Assembly (NCBI GenBank): GCA_002010065.2
Contig: MTMD02000008.1
Coordinates: forward strand, 192,001 to 256,000
Length of the DNA: 64,000 bases
Direction of reading: 5' to 3'
DNA from: Candidatus Pyrohabitans jungbluthii
GTDB lineage: Archaea > Hydrothermarchaeota > Hydrothermarchaeia > Hydrothermarchaeales > BMS3B
Part shown: in pieces, positions 39,936 to 49,624 of the stretch
How the letters are laid out: each line of letters opens with the position of its first letter
How positions within the stretch are numbered: position 1 is the stretch's first letter
Translations under genes and position numbers: made by a program
Notes under the pieces: model-generated
Seen by the model: the letters and a program-made list of their open reading frames with translations, nothing else
Told to the model about the DNA's origin: nothing
Databases searched by the model: none

Positions 39936-40418
39936 ATGCATTTCGTTGCAGATGCAATGCTTGGGAAGCTCGCAAGATGGCTCCGCCTCAGTGGTTACGA
40001 CGTTTATTATAGCAGGAGCGCTGAGGATGAAGAATTGCTGAATGTGGCACAGCGCGAAGGGAGAGTGCTTCTAACGAGGGACACGACGCTTGCGGAGAAG
40101 GCGAGGAAGCTGGGGACTAAGGTGGTGCTGGTAGAGAGCAACTCTATTGAGGAGCAGCTCATCCAGCTTAGGAAAGAGCTTGGGTTAAGCTATGAGAAGA
40201 CGCCTGCAAAAGCGCTTTGTCCAGAGTGCAACGGTGAGATTTTGGAGGTGAGCAAGAGCGAGGTCTCTGAGCTCGTGCCTCAGGGCGTGCTTGAGGCTCA
40301 CGAAGAGTTCTACCGCTGCTCGCAATGCGGCAAGGTTTACTGGCACGGCTCCCACTGGCGGAGCATAACCAAAAGGGTGGTGAGAATTGAGGGCAAAGTA
40401 TCGTCTTCCGAGAAGTGA
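39936..40418 (+). CDS. Mut7-C (PIN-like RNase) domain protein with Zn ribbon
   Basis: DAMLGKLARWLR..GYD, LLTRD, CPECN, CSQCGKVYW.GSHW. Confidence 0.92.
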   Translation: MHFVADAMLGKLARWLRLSGYDVYYSRSAEDEELLNVAQREGRVLLTRDTTLAEKARKLGTKVVLVESNSIEEQLIQLRKELGLSYEKTPAKALCPECNGEILEVSKSEVSELVPQGVLEAHEEFYRCSQCGKVYWHGSHWRSITKRVVRIEGKVSSSEK

Positions 40419-40770
40419 CATCGTGGTTAGAGCAGCGCGGGATGTGATCAAAAAAAGAGGGGAGGTTAATTCTCTGGCTCAGATGCACACCCTGGTGCTG
40501 GAGAGGCTGAAGAGGGAAAATCCAGAGTACAGGCTTTCTAGAGCGAGGCTGCTCAAAATCCTTGCTCTCTCGCCGAAGGTGAGGATTAAGGTAGAGAAGC
40601 GCAAAGCAAAGCGAAACCCTGCGCTCTGCCCATTGTGCGGCTCAGAAATGGAAGACCTCTACGGTGTTGACCTTTTCGGCAAAAAGGTTAAGCTCGGTAA
40701 GAGGTGCGTAAACTGCGGATACCGCGTTGAGAGGAGACTGGAGCCAAAAAGGTATGTATTCTACATTTGA
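40387..40770 (+). CDS. Basic archaeal hypothetical protein with Zn ribbon
   Basis: CPLCG..CVNCGY; overlaps the Mut7-C gene end. Confidence 0.75.
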   Translation: MRAKYRLPRSDIVVRAARDVIKKRGEVNSLAQMHTLVLERLKRENPEYRLSRARLLKILALSPKVRIKVEKRKAKRNPALCPLCGSEMEDLYGVDLFGKKVKLGKRCVNCGYRVERRLEPKRYVFYI

Positions 40771-40835
40771 GCTGAAAGCGGTTAAAAGCGAAAGCCATAT
40801 ATATGCACCCATCGGCAGAAATTCTTGGGGTTTAA

Positions 40836-40976
40836 ATGAAGCTTAAATTCAGATTGATAGACGTGCTCAGGGCAAAATTGGGGGAAACGGAGGATATAGA
40901 TAAAGAGCTTATTGACAGGTTTGAGGATATTGAGAAGAGTCTGGAGAGGGGAAGCTGGCGCATCGTAGCACCTTAA
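40836..40976 (+). CDS. 46-aa protein MKLKFRLIDVLRAKLGETEDIDKELIDRFEDIEKSLERGSWRIVAP
   Basis: Hand-translated; upstream GCGAAAGCCATATATAT BRE/TATA-like element; amphipathic helical pattern. Confidence 0.55.
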   Translation: MKLKFRLIDVLRAKLGETEDIDKELIDRFEDIEKSLERGSWRIVAP

Positions 40977-42058
40977 AGCAATTCTCTCAGCGCCGCTATA
41001 AACCTCCTGTTTTCCTCAGGCATGCCCACGCTCACCCTTATGTAGCGGGCATCTAAGCCCGGGAAGGACTCACAGCCTCGCGTAATAATCCCGCGTTTCA
41101 GCAGCTCTTCAGCTAAGCCTAGTTTTTCTACCCTGAAAAGCACAAAATTCGCCTGTGAGGTGAAAGCCTTTATGCCTGGAATTTTCCTCAGCTCCTCTAC
41201 GAGGTATTTTCTGCCTTCTCTGACAATATCAACACTCTGCTTTAGAAATTCTTTGTCTTCAAGCGCCGCCATAGCTGCAACCTGCGCTAAGAGGTTGACG
41301 CTGAAGGGCTGCCTCACGCGCGCGAGGTAATCTATAACCTTCTCACTTGCAAGGCAGTAGCCCACGCGGAGACCGGCTAATCCAAAAGCCTTTGAAAAGG
41401 TTCTCAGCACTATTAGGTTCTCGTGGTGTTTGACAAGGTGGGCAAAGCTTGTGCCTGCGAATTCGGCATATGCCTCGTCAAGAATCACGATTGCCTCTTT
41501 TTCAAGTATTTCCCTGAGAAGCGCCTCAGGGATTAAATTTCCCGTAGGGTTGTTGGGCGAGCAGAGAAAGAGTAGCTTCGCACGCGTAGCTGCGTTGAGC
41601 AGGGCTTCGGCATCGAAGGCATATTCAGTGTCGCCCTCTTTAAGCGGCACTTCAATGCATTGCGAGCCGTACATTGTGATGAGAATCTGGTAGTAGGAGA
41701 ATGTGGGCGGCGTGATAATCGCAGAGTCGCCGCGGGAAAGGAAAACCTTTGCGCACTGCTCCATCACGTCGTCGCTGCCGTTGCCCACGAGGATGTTTTC
41801 CGCGGGTAAGCCGATGTAACGGGAAAGCGCATCCCGTAGCTCTCCCGCAAGGGCATCTGGGTAAATGTTTACCTTTGCAGCGTGGGTGCGAATCGCCTCT
41901 ATTGCTTTTGGCGATGCCCCGAGAGGGTTCTCATTGGAGGCGAGCTTGATAATCTTCTCCTCTGGCAGAGAGTAGGCTCTTGCGATTTCGTCGATGCTCT
42001 TGCCGGGGATGTAGGGGGGCACGCGCTTTATCTCTTCTTTCACCAGCTTTTCTATCAT
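40973..42058 (-). CDS. hisC: Histidinol-phosphate aminotransferase
   Basis: KLASNENP, GNGSD, CSPNNPTG, DEAY, RTFSKAFGLAGLRVG. Confidence 0.95.
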   Translation of the reverse strand: MIEKLVKEEIKRVPPYIPGKSIDEIARAYSLPEEKIIKLASNENPLGASPKAIEAIRTHAAKVNIYPDALAGELRDALSRYIGLPAENILVGNGSDDVMEQCAKVFLSRGDSAIITPPTFSYYQILITMYGSQCIEVPLKEGDTEYAFDAEALLNAATRAKLLFLCSPNNPTGNLIPEALLREILEKEAIVILDEAYAEFAGTSFAHLVKHHENLIVLRTFSKAFGLAGLRVGYCLASEKVIDYLARVRQPFSVNLLAQVAAMAALEDKEFLKQSVDIVREGRKYLVEELRKIPGIKAFTSQANFVLFRVEKLGLAEELLKRGIITRGCESFPGLDARYIRVSVGMPEENRRFIAALRELL

Positions 42059-43233
42059 CTCTGCACCTCTTCGAGTATCTTGCTTAGCCTGGAGCACACC
42101 TCATCTATCTGCTCCCTCGTTATGACCAGAGGTGGGGCGAAGCGGAGTACATTATCATGGGTGCAGTTGAGAAGTAAACCGTGCTCCCTTCCCTTTGCCA
42201 CAATTTCACCGCAGGGTATGCTGAGCTCCACACCTATGAGCAGTCCTCTGCCGCGCACCTCCTTTATAACCTCATGCTTTTCCTGAAGCTGCTTGAGCTT
42301 TGCCATAAAGTACTCACCAAGCTCACGGGTGCGCTGAGCTAAGCCTTCCTCTTCAACAATCTCCAGCACCACCTTAGCGACGGCGCACGCTAGGGGATTG
42401 CCTCCGAAGGTGGAAGCGTGGTCTCCTGGGGAAAAGGAGTCCATAACCTCAGGCTTGGCGAGCATTGCACCTATTGGAAAGCCTGCGCCAAGAGCTTTGG
42501 CGAGGGTGAAGATCTCTGGCTCAATACCCAAGCCCTGCCACGCGAAAAGCGTGCCGGTGCGCGCTATTCCAGTTTGCACCTCATCCAGCACAAGAAGTAC
42601 GTCCCGCTCGTCGCAAAGCTCACGAACCTCCTTAAAGTAGTCCTCAGGCGGAATCACAACGCCGCCCTCGCCCTGTATCGGCTCAAGCATCACCGCGGCG
42701 GTGTCTTTGGTTATAGCTTTTCGGAGCGCTTCGATGTCGCCGTATTCAACGTGCTTGAAACCTGGCAATAGAGGCTCAAAGTCGCGCTTGTACTTCTCCT
42801 GCCCCGTTGCAGAGAGGCTGCCAAATGTTCGCCCGTGAAAGGAATTTTTCGCCGCGATAATCTCCCGCCTGCGGGTGTGCTTCCTGACCAGCTTTATCGC
42901 CGCTTCCACCGCCTCTGTGCCCGAGTTGCAGAAGAAGCTCTTATAGCCACCGGTAAGCTCGCACAGCTTCTGAGCAAGCTCCACCTGAGGCAGTGTGTAG
43001 TAGAGGTTGGAGACATGCATCAGCTTTGCAGCCTGCTCCTCAAGCACGCGAAGCACCTTGGGATGGGAGTGACCCACATTGAGAACCGCTATGCCGGCAA
43101 TGCAGTCTATGTACTCCTTGCCGGCGATGTCCTTAACCACCGCACCCTTGCCTTCAACCAGCGCAACGGGCTGGCGAGCATAAGTCTGGGCGACGCAGCG
43201 TTTGTCCAGTTCAACAAGCTCGGTGAAGTCCAT
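42055..43233 (-). CDS. argD: Acetylornithine aminotransferase (class III)
   Basis: NSGTEAVE, FHGRT, EPIQGEGG, DEVQTG, LAKALG, HASTFGGNP. Confidence 0.93.
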   Translation of the reverse strand: MDFTELVELDKRCVAQTYARQPVALVEGKGAVVKDIAGKEYIDCIAGIAVLNVGHSHPKVLRVLEEQAAKLMHVSNLYYTLPQVELAQKLCELTGGYKSFFCNSGTEAVEAAIKLVRKHTRRREIIAAKNSFHGRTFGSLSATGQEKYKRDFEPLLPGFKHVEYGDIEALRKAITKDTAAVMLEPIQGEGGVVIPPEDYFKEVRELCDERDVLLVLDEVQTGIARTGTLFAWQGLGIEPEIFTLAKALGAGFPIGAMLAKPEVMDSFSPGDHASTFGGNPLACAVAKVVLEIVEEEGLAQRTRELGEYFMAKLKQLQEKHEVIKEVRGRGLLIGVELSIPCGEIVAKGREHGLLLNCTHDNVLRFAPPLVITREQIDEVCSRLSKILEEVQR

Positions 43234-43277
43234 GGTGAGAAGTAGCCGCAGCGGAATAAAAAGTTTGCCTAGGAAGT

Positions 43278-44147
43278 TTACTCCACCGGAAACTTTTCAT
43301 AAAGCACCTTTCGCTTCGCCTCGAGCATAAGCTCTTCTTTGCCTGCGAACTGCGCTGCGCTCATCACGCTCTTGCCCAGCTTCTCCGCGACTTCAAAAAC
43401 CCTGCTGAGCTTTTGCCTCCACTCTAAATCGCGCAGCAGGTGGTGGTCCAGTACGAGCGTCTCTACTCGAGTCTCCTCCAGGATCTTTACCAGGTTCTCC
43501 GCCGACTTATCCAAGCTCGCCTGGGCGTAGCGGTAGCCAAGCATGTAGCTCATTGGCCCGTCGATGTACACTATGCTCGGATTCTGCCGGAGTATAAAAT
43601 CAGCCTGCTCCTCTATGCTTGGCCCCTCGACGTCGCTGCTGAACACGAAGCACTCCTCGCCATCGCGCACCGCTACCTCTGTGACGTACCCCAGCCTGGG
43701 GTTGGTACCATGGTACACAGGTTTGGAGAACACCAGCTCAGTCTCGCCGAAGGCAAAGCTCCTGCCGTCGCAGTACTCTATGCTCTCAGGAAGCTCTCCC
43801 AGCTTCTCAAGGAAATAGCTGGCTCTGCGCTTCTGACTCAGGTTGATGTTGTTCTTGGGGTGCTTCAGGAGCGCAAGCTTGCCCTCATAGATCTCAGGCT
43901 CCTCGGGCGAATGGTGGTCGTAGTGGTAGTGAGTAACCACAAGCACATCGCTGCGCTCTGCGAAGCTCTTAATCAGCTTCCAGTCCTCCTCCAGCTTCTG
44001 GTACTCCAGGGGGTGAGGAGGAAGCCCATACCTTCTTGGTCCCAGGGCAACGCCCGGGTCTATGAGCACCTTCACGTCGCCTGTCTCTATGTAGGTGGCC
44101 ATGCTTCTCGTGCCCATTGAATCGCTCGCCAGGAGTTCTATTTTCAT
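43278..44147 (-). CDS. Metallo-beta-lactamase-fold hydrolase (UPF0282-like)
   Basis: DSMGTRSMA, IDPG, THYHYDH, SSDVEGP, DHHLLRD. Confidence 0.88.
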   Translation of the reverse strand: MKIELLASDSMGTRSMATYIETGDVKVLIDPGVALGPRRYGLPPHPLEYQKLEEDWKLIKSFAERSDVLVVTHYHYDHHSPEEPEIYEGKLALLKHPKNNINLSQKRRASYFLEKLGELPESIEYCDGRSFAFGETELVFSKPVYHGTNPRLGYVTEVAVRDGEECFVFSSDVEGPSIEEQADFILRQNPSIVYIDGPMSYMLGYRYAQASLDKSAENLVKILEETRVETLVLDHHLLRDLEWRQKLSRVFEVAEKLGKSVMSAAQFAGKEELMLEAKRKVLYEKFPVE

Positions 44148-44215
44148 GCTTCAGCCTCTCCACTTCCCGAATGCACCTTAAGGGTATATATTCCCGCAAA
44201 GAAGATATTAAGTTG

Positions 44216-44644
44216 ATGCCAACCTATTCCCTCATCCACCCTGTGGTAGGTGCAATCGCAGTGCTTCTGTGCTACGCCACTGCCTACCTGGGCTTTTCGC
44301 GGATGATGCTCATCGCAGGGAAGCGCAGCAGATTCTACTGGTTCAGGCGCAATGTGCACGTGAACATGGGCAGAAGCTTTGTTGCGCTTCTCTATGTGGT
44401 GTATCCTCTGGGCATACTCGGCATCTCAGAAGCTGGTTTCTCTCCCTTCTCCACTCCCCACGCGTACCTGGGCAGCTTCCTTCTTATTTTATTCACCTTC
44501 GGCGCTGTGCTTGCTTTCCTAATCCTCAAAGGCAGGCGGGAGTATATAAAGTTCCACGGCAGGTTGATGCTTGCCGGTGCGGCGCTAACCATATTTCAGA
44601 TAATCGGTGGCATCGTCAATCTACGCTCTCTGGGGATTCTGTAG
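44216..44644 (+). CDS. Four-TM His-containing membrane protein (DUF4079 / cytochrome b561-like)
   Basis: Four TMs each with a His near its start (IHP, VH, PHA, FHG). Confidence 0.6.
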   Translation: MPTYSLIHPVVGAIAVLLCYATAYLGFSRMMLIAGKRSRFYWFRRNVHVNMGRSFVALLYVVYPLGILGISEAGFSPFSTPHAYLGSFLLILFTFGAVLAFLILKGRREYIKFHGRLMLAGAALTIFQIIGGIVNLRSLGIL

Positions 44645-44701
44645 CCCTCTGCGAAGATATAAATACGAGAATCATCCCCTATTTTATATAGGGGTGTTAA
44701 T

Positions 44702-45058
44702 TTGAGGCAGGGGATTCTATTGAGAACTTGCGGGATTTATGTGTTACTGTTTGTGTTGCTTGTCCTTGCAGCCTGCACAGGGCAGAGGGAAGAAGCCCCT
44801 TCTCCGGATAAGAGTTCCGTTACCGTAGAGGTAAAAAACCTCAGGTTTGTACCGGACGAACTCCGGGTGAAAAGGGGGACCACCGTGGTATGGGTGAATC
44901 GCGACCCCTTTGCACATACGGTAACCTTCTCAGACGGAAGCTTCGATGAAAGGCTAGAGAGGGGCGGGAGTACCACCAGAAGCTTCAGTGAACCCGGCAG
45001 GTACGAATACACCTGCAAAATACACCCTTCGATGAAGGGCGTTGTCATTGTCGAGTGA
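44702..45058 (+). CDS. Cupredoxin (plastocyanin/azurin/halocyanin-like) lipoprotein
   Basis: LAAC lipobox; type-1 Cu ligands H (AHTV) and CKIHPSM. Confidence 0.9.
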   Translation: MRQGILLRTCGIYVLLFVLLVLAACTGQREEAPSPDKSSVTVEVKNLRFVPDELRVKRGTTVVWVNRDPFAHTVTFSDGSFDERLERGGSTTRSFSEPGRYEYTCKIHPSMKGVVIVE

Positions 45059-45095
45059 AGACAAGTAAGCTCTTCTTCACAGGGAGGTAAAGCAT

Positions 45096-45866
45096 ATGGC
45101 CTTCAATATACCATTCAATAAAAATGAGAAGCTCCGCGAAGTGGTTAGAAGGATAGACGGGAGTGAGAAGATAAGAGCCTACATAGAGGCCGCCAACGTC
45201 ACGGCGATAGCGAGGCTGGGCTACAACGACCACGGGTATGTGCATTCTAAAATCGTAGCCAACATCGCATTGAAGATGCTCCGTGTGCTTGTAAAGCATG
45301 GGTTAAAGCCGGGCGTTGTCAAAGACCATCACCTGAGCGAAAGCGAGGCCGAGGTCGTGGTGGTGCTCGCCTCTGTGTTTCACGACATAGGCATGGCGGT
45401 GCACAGAGTAAATCACGTCGAGTACGGCACCGCTATAGCCTTCCAGCTTCTCAATGAACTTCTCGAGGGTGTCTATGATGAGCGCGCCAAGGCTATAGTG
45501 GTGAGCGAGGTTCTGCACGCTATTTCGAGCCATGAGGTGGGTGTTAAACCCCTCTCCCTGGAGGCGGGTATCGTTACAGTAGCCGACGCCCTCGACATCG
45601 CTGGTGGAAGAGCAAGAATACCCTTCTCAAAGGGTAAGATAGACATACACAGCGTCTCGGCAATGGCAATTGAGGGCGTTGAGGTGAGGGAGGGCGAAGA
45701 CATACCCCTGAAAATCAAGATAAAGATGAGCAACTCCGCGGGAATCTTTCAGATTGATGAGCTTTTAAAGCCCAGGGTGCTGGAGTCAGGGCTCAAGGAT
45801 TACCTCCACATCGAGGCGGAGATAACCGGCGAAGAGAAGAGGATTCTGGAGAGGATTGAGCTTTGA
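45096..45866 (+). CDS. HD-domain phosphohydrolase (COG3294-like)
   Basis: YNDHG.VH, FHDIG, ADALD, GRARIPF, IHSVSA. Confidence 0.88.
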   Translation: MAFNIPFNKNEKLREVVRRIDGSEKIRAYIEAANVTAIARLGYNDHGYVHSKIVANIALKMLRVLVKHGLKPGVVKDHHLSESEAEVVVVLASVFHDIGMAVHRVNHVEYGTAIAFQLLNELLEGVYDERAKAIVVSEVLHAISSHEVGVKPLSLEAGIVTVADALDIAGGRARIPFSKGKIDIHSVSAMAIEGVEVREGEDIPLKIKIKMSNSAGIFQIDELLKPRVLESGLKDYLHIEAEITGEEKRILERIEL

Positions 45867-45911
45867 AAAAACGTTACATATATATCACCGGCTACCTTAA
45901 ATAGTATCATT

Positions 45912-46751
45912 ATGCAGGACTATACTGGATTCTTCGGCTCCTTCATTTGGTGGCTGTTTATCTTCTATCTTGTGCTTGGGCCGCAGCTCCAGCACCGCAG
46001 TCTTCAAGCTGCGAGGCAGAAGCTACTCAGGAAGTTGGGGGAGAAGCGGGGAAGCAATGTGATAACCCTTATTCACCGGCAGGAGAGCATTGGTTTATTC
46101 GGCATTCCATTCTACAGGTTTATTGATATAGACGACTCGGAGCAGGTGCTCAGAGCTATCCGCTCCACGCCTGAGGACAAGCCCATAGACCTGATAATAA
46201 ACACCCCTGGCGGGTTAGTGCTTGCCGCTAGCCAAATAGCCAGGGCGATAAAGGAGCACAAGGCCAAGACCACTGTGATAGTGCCCCACTATGCCATGAG
46301 CGGGGGCACGCTGATAGCTCTCGCAGCGGACGAGATACTCATGGACCCAAATGCGGTGCTTGGACCCATTGACCCGCAGATTAAAGAGTTTCCAGCACCA
46401 TCAGTGCTGAAGGCGGTGGAAAAGAAGGGCGTGGACAAGGTCAAAGACGAGACGCTGATAATGGCGGACATCGCGGAAAAGGCGATAAGGCAGATTCAGG
46501 ATTTTGTGTTTGAACTCCTGAAGGAGAGATACAGCGAAGACAAAGCCAGAGAGCTTGCGAGAGTGCTTACCGAGGGAAGGTGGACCCACGATTTCCCCAT
46601 AACTGTGGACGTTGCAAGAGAGCTTGGGCTAAATGTAAGTACCTCAGTGCCCGAGGAGGTTTATTCTCTAATGGAGCTTTATCCACAGCCCATAACAAAG
46701 CGCCATCCAAGCGTGGAGTTCATTCCTACGCCCAGCAAACAGCAGAAGTGA
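45912..46751 (+). CDS. SDH-family ClpP-fold serine protease, membrane anchored
   Basis: N-terminal TM, IHRQE, TPGG, AMSGGT, LGPIDPQ, WTHD. Confidence 0.9.
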   Translation: MQDYTGFFGSFIWWLFIFYLVLGPQLQHRSLQAARQKLLRKLGEKRGSNVITLIHRQESIGLFGIPFYRFIDIDDSEQVLRAIRSTPEDKPIDLIINTPGGLVLAASQIARAIKEHKAKTTVIVPHYAMSGGTLIALAADEILMDPNAVLGPIDPQIKEFPAPSVLKAVEKKGVDKVKDETLIMADIAEKAIRQIQDFVFELLKERYSEDKARELARVLTEGRWTHDFPITVDVARELGLNVSTSVPEEVYSLMELYPQPITKRHPSVEFIPTPSKQQK

Positions 46752-46752
46752 T

Positions 46753-47403
46753 TCACTTTAAAATGACAATATTTCCCCTGCCCTTCTTAATCTTCTTAAT
46801 TTTGCCTCTGTGCTCTAAGTCAGCGAGCATTAAGCTGAGCTTTGCCTCGGAGCAGCCTAGCCTTTTCCTAAGCTCGCTCTGCTTCATCCTTCCGCCTTCT
46901 TTCTTTATAATTTCCAGCACCTGGGCGAGGTCCTCAGGCAGAGGTTCAGACTCTTCCTCTTTCTCTTTCTTTTTCAGAAGAATATAGCCAGCAAAAATCG
47001 CTGAAATGAGGAAAACGGCTATGATTATGAACAGGCTGCTGCCCCGCTCTTCCTCTTCAAGGATACTTACATCTATTTCATCGAAGAGAAATTCCTCCTC
47101 AAGAGTTGGGAAGAGTATCAGGTCTATCCTGTAGCTACCATTCTGAGGCACCTCAATCACTTCCTCTGCCTCAAGCTTCAGAAGGTTGTTCTCGTAGTAC
47201 CTCGCCCTTAGCAAGTAGCTCCCATCCGGCACCGAAAAAGAGTAGCTCCCGTCTCTTGACACAATCACCTGCTCGGGTGTGGTGTTTATCTCCACCACCA
47301 CGTCGTTGAGGGGCTCAAAGGCGTCCCAGCTGTACAGGGTGCCGTAAATCTGGGCAGCATACGCTAAGGGCAGGCTGAGGAGGAGAATCAGCAATATTCT
47401 CAT
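46753..47403 (-). CDS. Membrane-tethered winged-HTH regulator (COG2512-like) with extracellular beta-sandwich domain
   Basis: Signal peptide, DGSYSF..PDGSY, TM helix, C-terminal GGRMKQSEL...SEAKLS..LADLE..G.I.KIKKGRGN. Confidence 0.85.
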   Translation of the reverse strand: MRILLILLLSLPLAYAAQIYGTLYSWDAFEPLNDVVVEINTTPEQVIVSRDGSYSFSVPDGSYLLRARYYENNLLKLEAEEVIEVPQNGSYRIDLILFPTLEEEFLFDEIDVSILEEEERGSSLFIIIAVFLISAIFAGYILLKKKEKEEESEPLPEDLAQVLEIIKKEGGRMKQSELRKRLGCSEAKLSLMLADLEHRGKIKKIKKGRGNIVILK

Positions 47404-47570
47404 ATGGGATTACTAATCCTTTTGCCCATTAAATAATTTTCTATGAAGTAAAATAAATAAAATATGCAACTAATAAACTAAAATAAAGTATTATAAAGCT
47501 TTAAATTTGCCCACATCGAAAGTAAGCTTATATTAACTGAGGGTGGAGTTGGTGGTGGAGGTGAGAAAAA

Positions 47571-48746
47571 ATGAAGGCGAAAAAAACATTCTCAATCGCC
47601 CTGGCGGCGATGCTTGTGCTCAGCCTGCTCCCAGTAGGCTATGCATTGCCACCTATGGGAAAAGTAGAAGAGCGGTACAAAGTTGCTAAGGCAAACTACC
47701 TCAAAGCCCTTGAAGCATATAAGGGTGCCAGACAGGACTACCTGAAAATGAGGGAGATGGCGAAGAGAGAACCAAAAGGTGTAACTTTTGATAAGGCAAA
47801 GAACTTCCTGCTGCGCAGCATCGATGCGATGGTCGCCCACCTCGAGATGGTCAAGGCGAGGGTGGACATAGCAAGAGCATTAAGCGAAGAGGAGAAGGCA
47901 GAGATTGCGGAGACGCTGGATAGCTACATAAGCTATCTGGAAGAGAAAAAGCAAGAAGCAGAGCAGGCTGGGAACAGAGAGGAGTTGGTTAGCACAGCCA
48001 AGGATGTCAGGGAGAAGTGGAAAGAAGCGAGGGTGGAGATAAAGAAGATAACAGGTAAAATCATAATCTCGCGGATAGACCGCGTGCTCGAGAGAGGGGA
48101 AGAAATAGGAGAGAAGCTCGAATCCAGAATAGATGTACTCAAGCAGGAGGGCTACGACACCACTGAGCTTGAAGCACTGCTCGCAGACTACATGGAGCAC
48201 CTCAGCTTAGCCAGGGAGAAGAGGGACAAGGCAAAGGAGAAGTTCGCCGAGATTTCTTCGCCAGAAGATGCCCACAAGCTCTTCAGAGAAGCCAACGCCT
48301 TCATCAGGGAAGCGAACAGGCACATGCGCGAGATGTTCAAAGACCTGAAGCAGATTCTCAGGGAGATGAAGAAAGCGGAGCTGGAGATAAAGGGTATAGG
48401 CTTCCTGTATGCAAAGGGCAACGGTAGCGCGGTGATACAGGGCAACGGTAGCGTCTTTGTGAAGGGAGAGGGCAACCTCACCGTTAAGGTGGCTAATGGA
48501 ACAGTTCGTGTAGCCGGCGAAGGGGAGAAGCAGGAGAACAGCGACGGCAGTGTTACGTACCTCGGCTTTGGGCGAGCAAGAATTTCGGGCAGAGACCTGT
48601 ATGTGAGCGTCGAGGGCACAAACCTTGAGATAAGGGCGAGAGGCGTAGGTGTGGCGATACTCAGCGGCGAAGGCACGTACCGCACCGCAAAGGCAGAAGC
48701 TGACTGGAGCGCAGAGGAGGTCGCCTACGGAGGTGCTCAGAAATGA
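47571..48746 (+). CDS. Secreted coiled-coil/helical protein with Gly-rich beta-repeat C-terminus
   Basis: Signal peptide, long charged heptad region, GNGS repeats; GGAGGTGA SD. Confidence 0.8.
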   Translation: MKAKKTFSIALAAMLVLSLLPVGYALPPMGKVEERYKVAKANYLKALEAYKGARQDYLKMREMAKREPKGVTFDKAKNFLLRSIDAMVAHLEMVKARVDIARALSEEEKAEIAETLDSYISYLEEKKQEAEQAGNREELVSTAKDVREKWKEARVEIKKITGKIIISRIDRVLERGEEIGEKLESRIDVLKQEGYDTTELEALLADYMEHLSLAREKRDKAKEKFAEISSPEDAHKLFREANAFIREANRHMREMFKDLKQILREMKKAELEIKGIGFLYAKGNGSAVIQGNGSVFVKGEGNLTVKVANGTVRVAGEGEKQENSDGSVTYLGFGRARISGRDLYVSVEGTNLEIRARGVGVAILSGEGTYRTAKAEADWSAEEVAYGGAQK

Positions 48747-48991
48747 GAGCTAAGCTTGCGCTACTCGCTATTCTCTTTCTGGGGCTCATCATCACGGGAT
48801 GCACCTCGAAGCCAGAGCAGAAGGTGGGCACAGCCGTAGCACCTGCGCTGGAGGAGGCAGAAACACCCGCACCTGAGCCCGTGATAAACGAGGACGATGC
48901 AGAAATCGATGCCCTCATCCAGGAAGTGCAGGAGCTGGAGGAGTTTCTCAGCTACGTCGAACAGGGCGACACGCTGGAGCTGAGTCTGTAA
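48743..48991 (+). CDS. Small acidic lipoprotein
   Basis: ITGC lipobox; ATGA-coupled to upstream gene. Confidence 0.75.
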   Translation: MRAKLALLAILFLGLIITGCTSKPEQKVGTAVAPALEEAETPAPEPVINEDDAEIDALIQEVQELEEFLSYVEQGDTLELSL

Positions 48992-48992
48992 T

Positions 48993-49030
48993 GGGGCAGG
49001 TTAATATTGCCCCTCTTTTATCTCTTCTGT
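48993..49030 (+). terminator. Hairpin GGGGCA...TGCCCC followed by a T/C-rich tract
   Basis: Immediately after the lipoprotein stop. Confidence 0.5.
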
Positions 49031-49078
49031 GAGCCTCATCCCAATAAATAAAAATACTTGCAGTATTATACCTCTTGT

Positions 49079-49624
49079 ATGCTCGCAACATTCATTCTGG
49101 TGTTGATAAACATCGTAGTCTACCTCTTCTTCGCCACCGAGGCTTCTTCCCCTTTCACAATAAAGGAATTCTCCTATGCTATGGCGCTAACCCTTGAGGC
49201 TCTGAAGGAGGGGGAGTTCAGCAGGCTGATAACCAACTTCTTCTTCCACTTTGATTTCCCTCACCTTGGGTACAACATGCTGTTTTTATTAATCTTCGGA
49301 AGCAGATGCGAGGAGATATTCGGCACCCGGAGGTTTCTGCTAATCTACTTTATCTCAGGCATCTTCTCTTCACTTTCAATCTTCTTCTATCCCCAGGGCA
49401 GCGCCCTGGCAGGCGCATCCGGAGCAATCTTCGGCGTGCTTGGCAGCGTTCTTATTGCCCAGCGCACCCTCTATGCTCACGGCTTTGCAACCTCGCTGCT
49501 CTATGGGGCAATCTTCTTCATCATAGCTGTTACCACAGGCTTCATGGCCCATCTTCTCGGCCTAATAATGGGCTTTGTGCTCGGGTACATATTCACCTAC
49601 GGTGAGGAGAGCCCCAGCGGATAA
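49079..49624 (+). CDS. Rhomboid intramembrane serine protease
   Basis: FFH..PH..YNM, GASG (catalytic Ser), AHLLG (catalytic His). Confidence 0.9.
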   Translation: MLATFILVLINIVVYLFFATEASSPFTIKEFSYAMALTLEALKEGEFSRLITNFFFHFDFPHLGYNMLFLLIFGSRCEEIFGTRRFLLIYFISGIFSSLSIFFYPQGSALAGASGAIFGVLGSVLIAQRTLYAHGFATSLLYGAIFFIIAVTTGFMAHLLGLIMGFVLGYIFTYGEESPSG

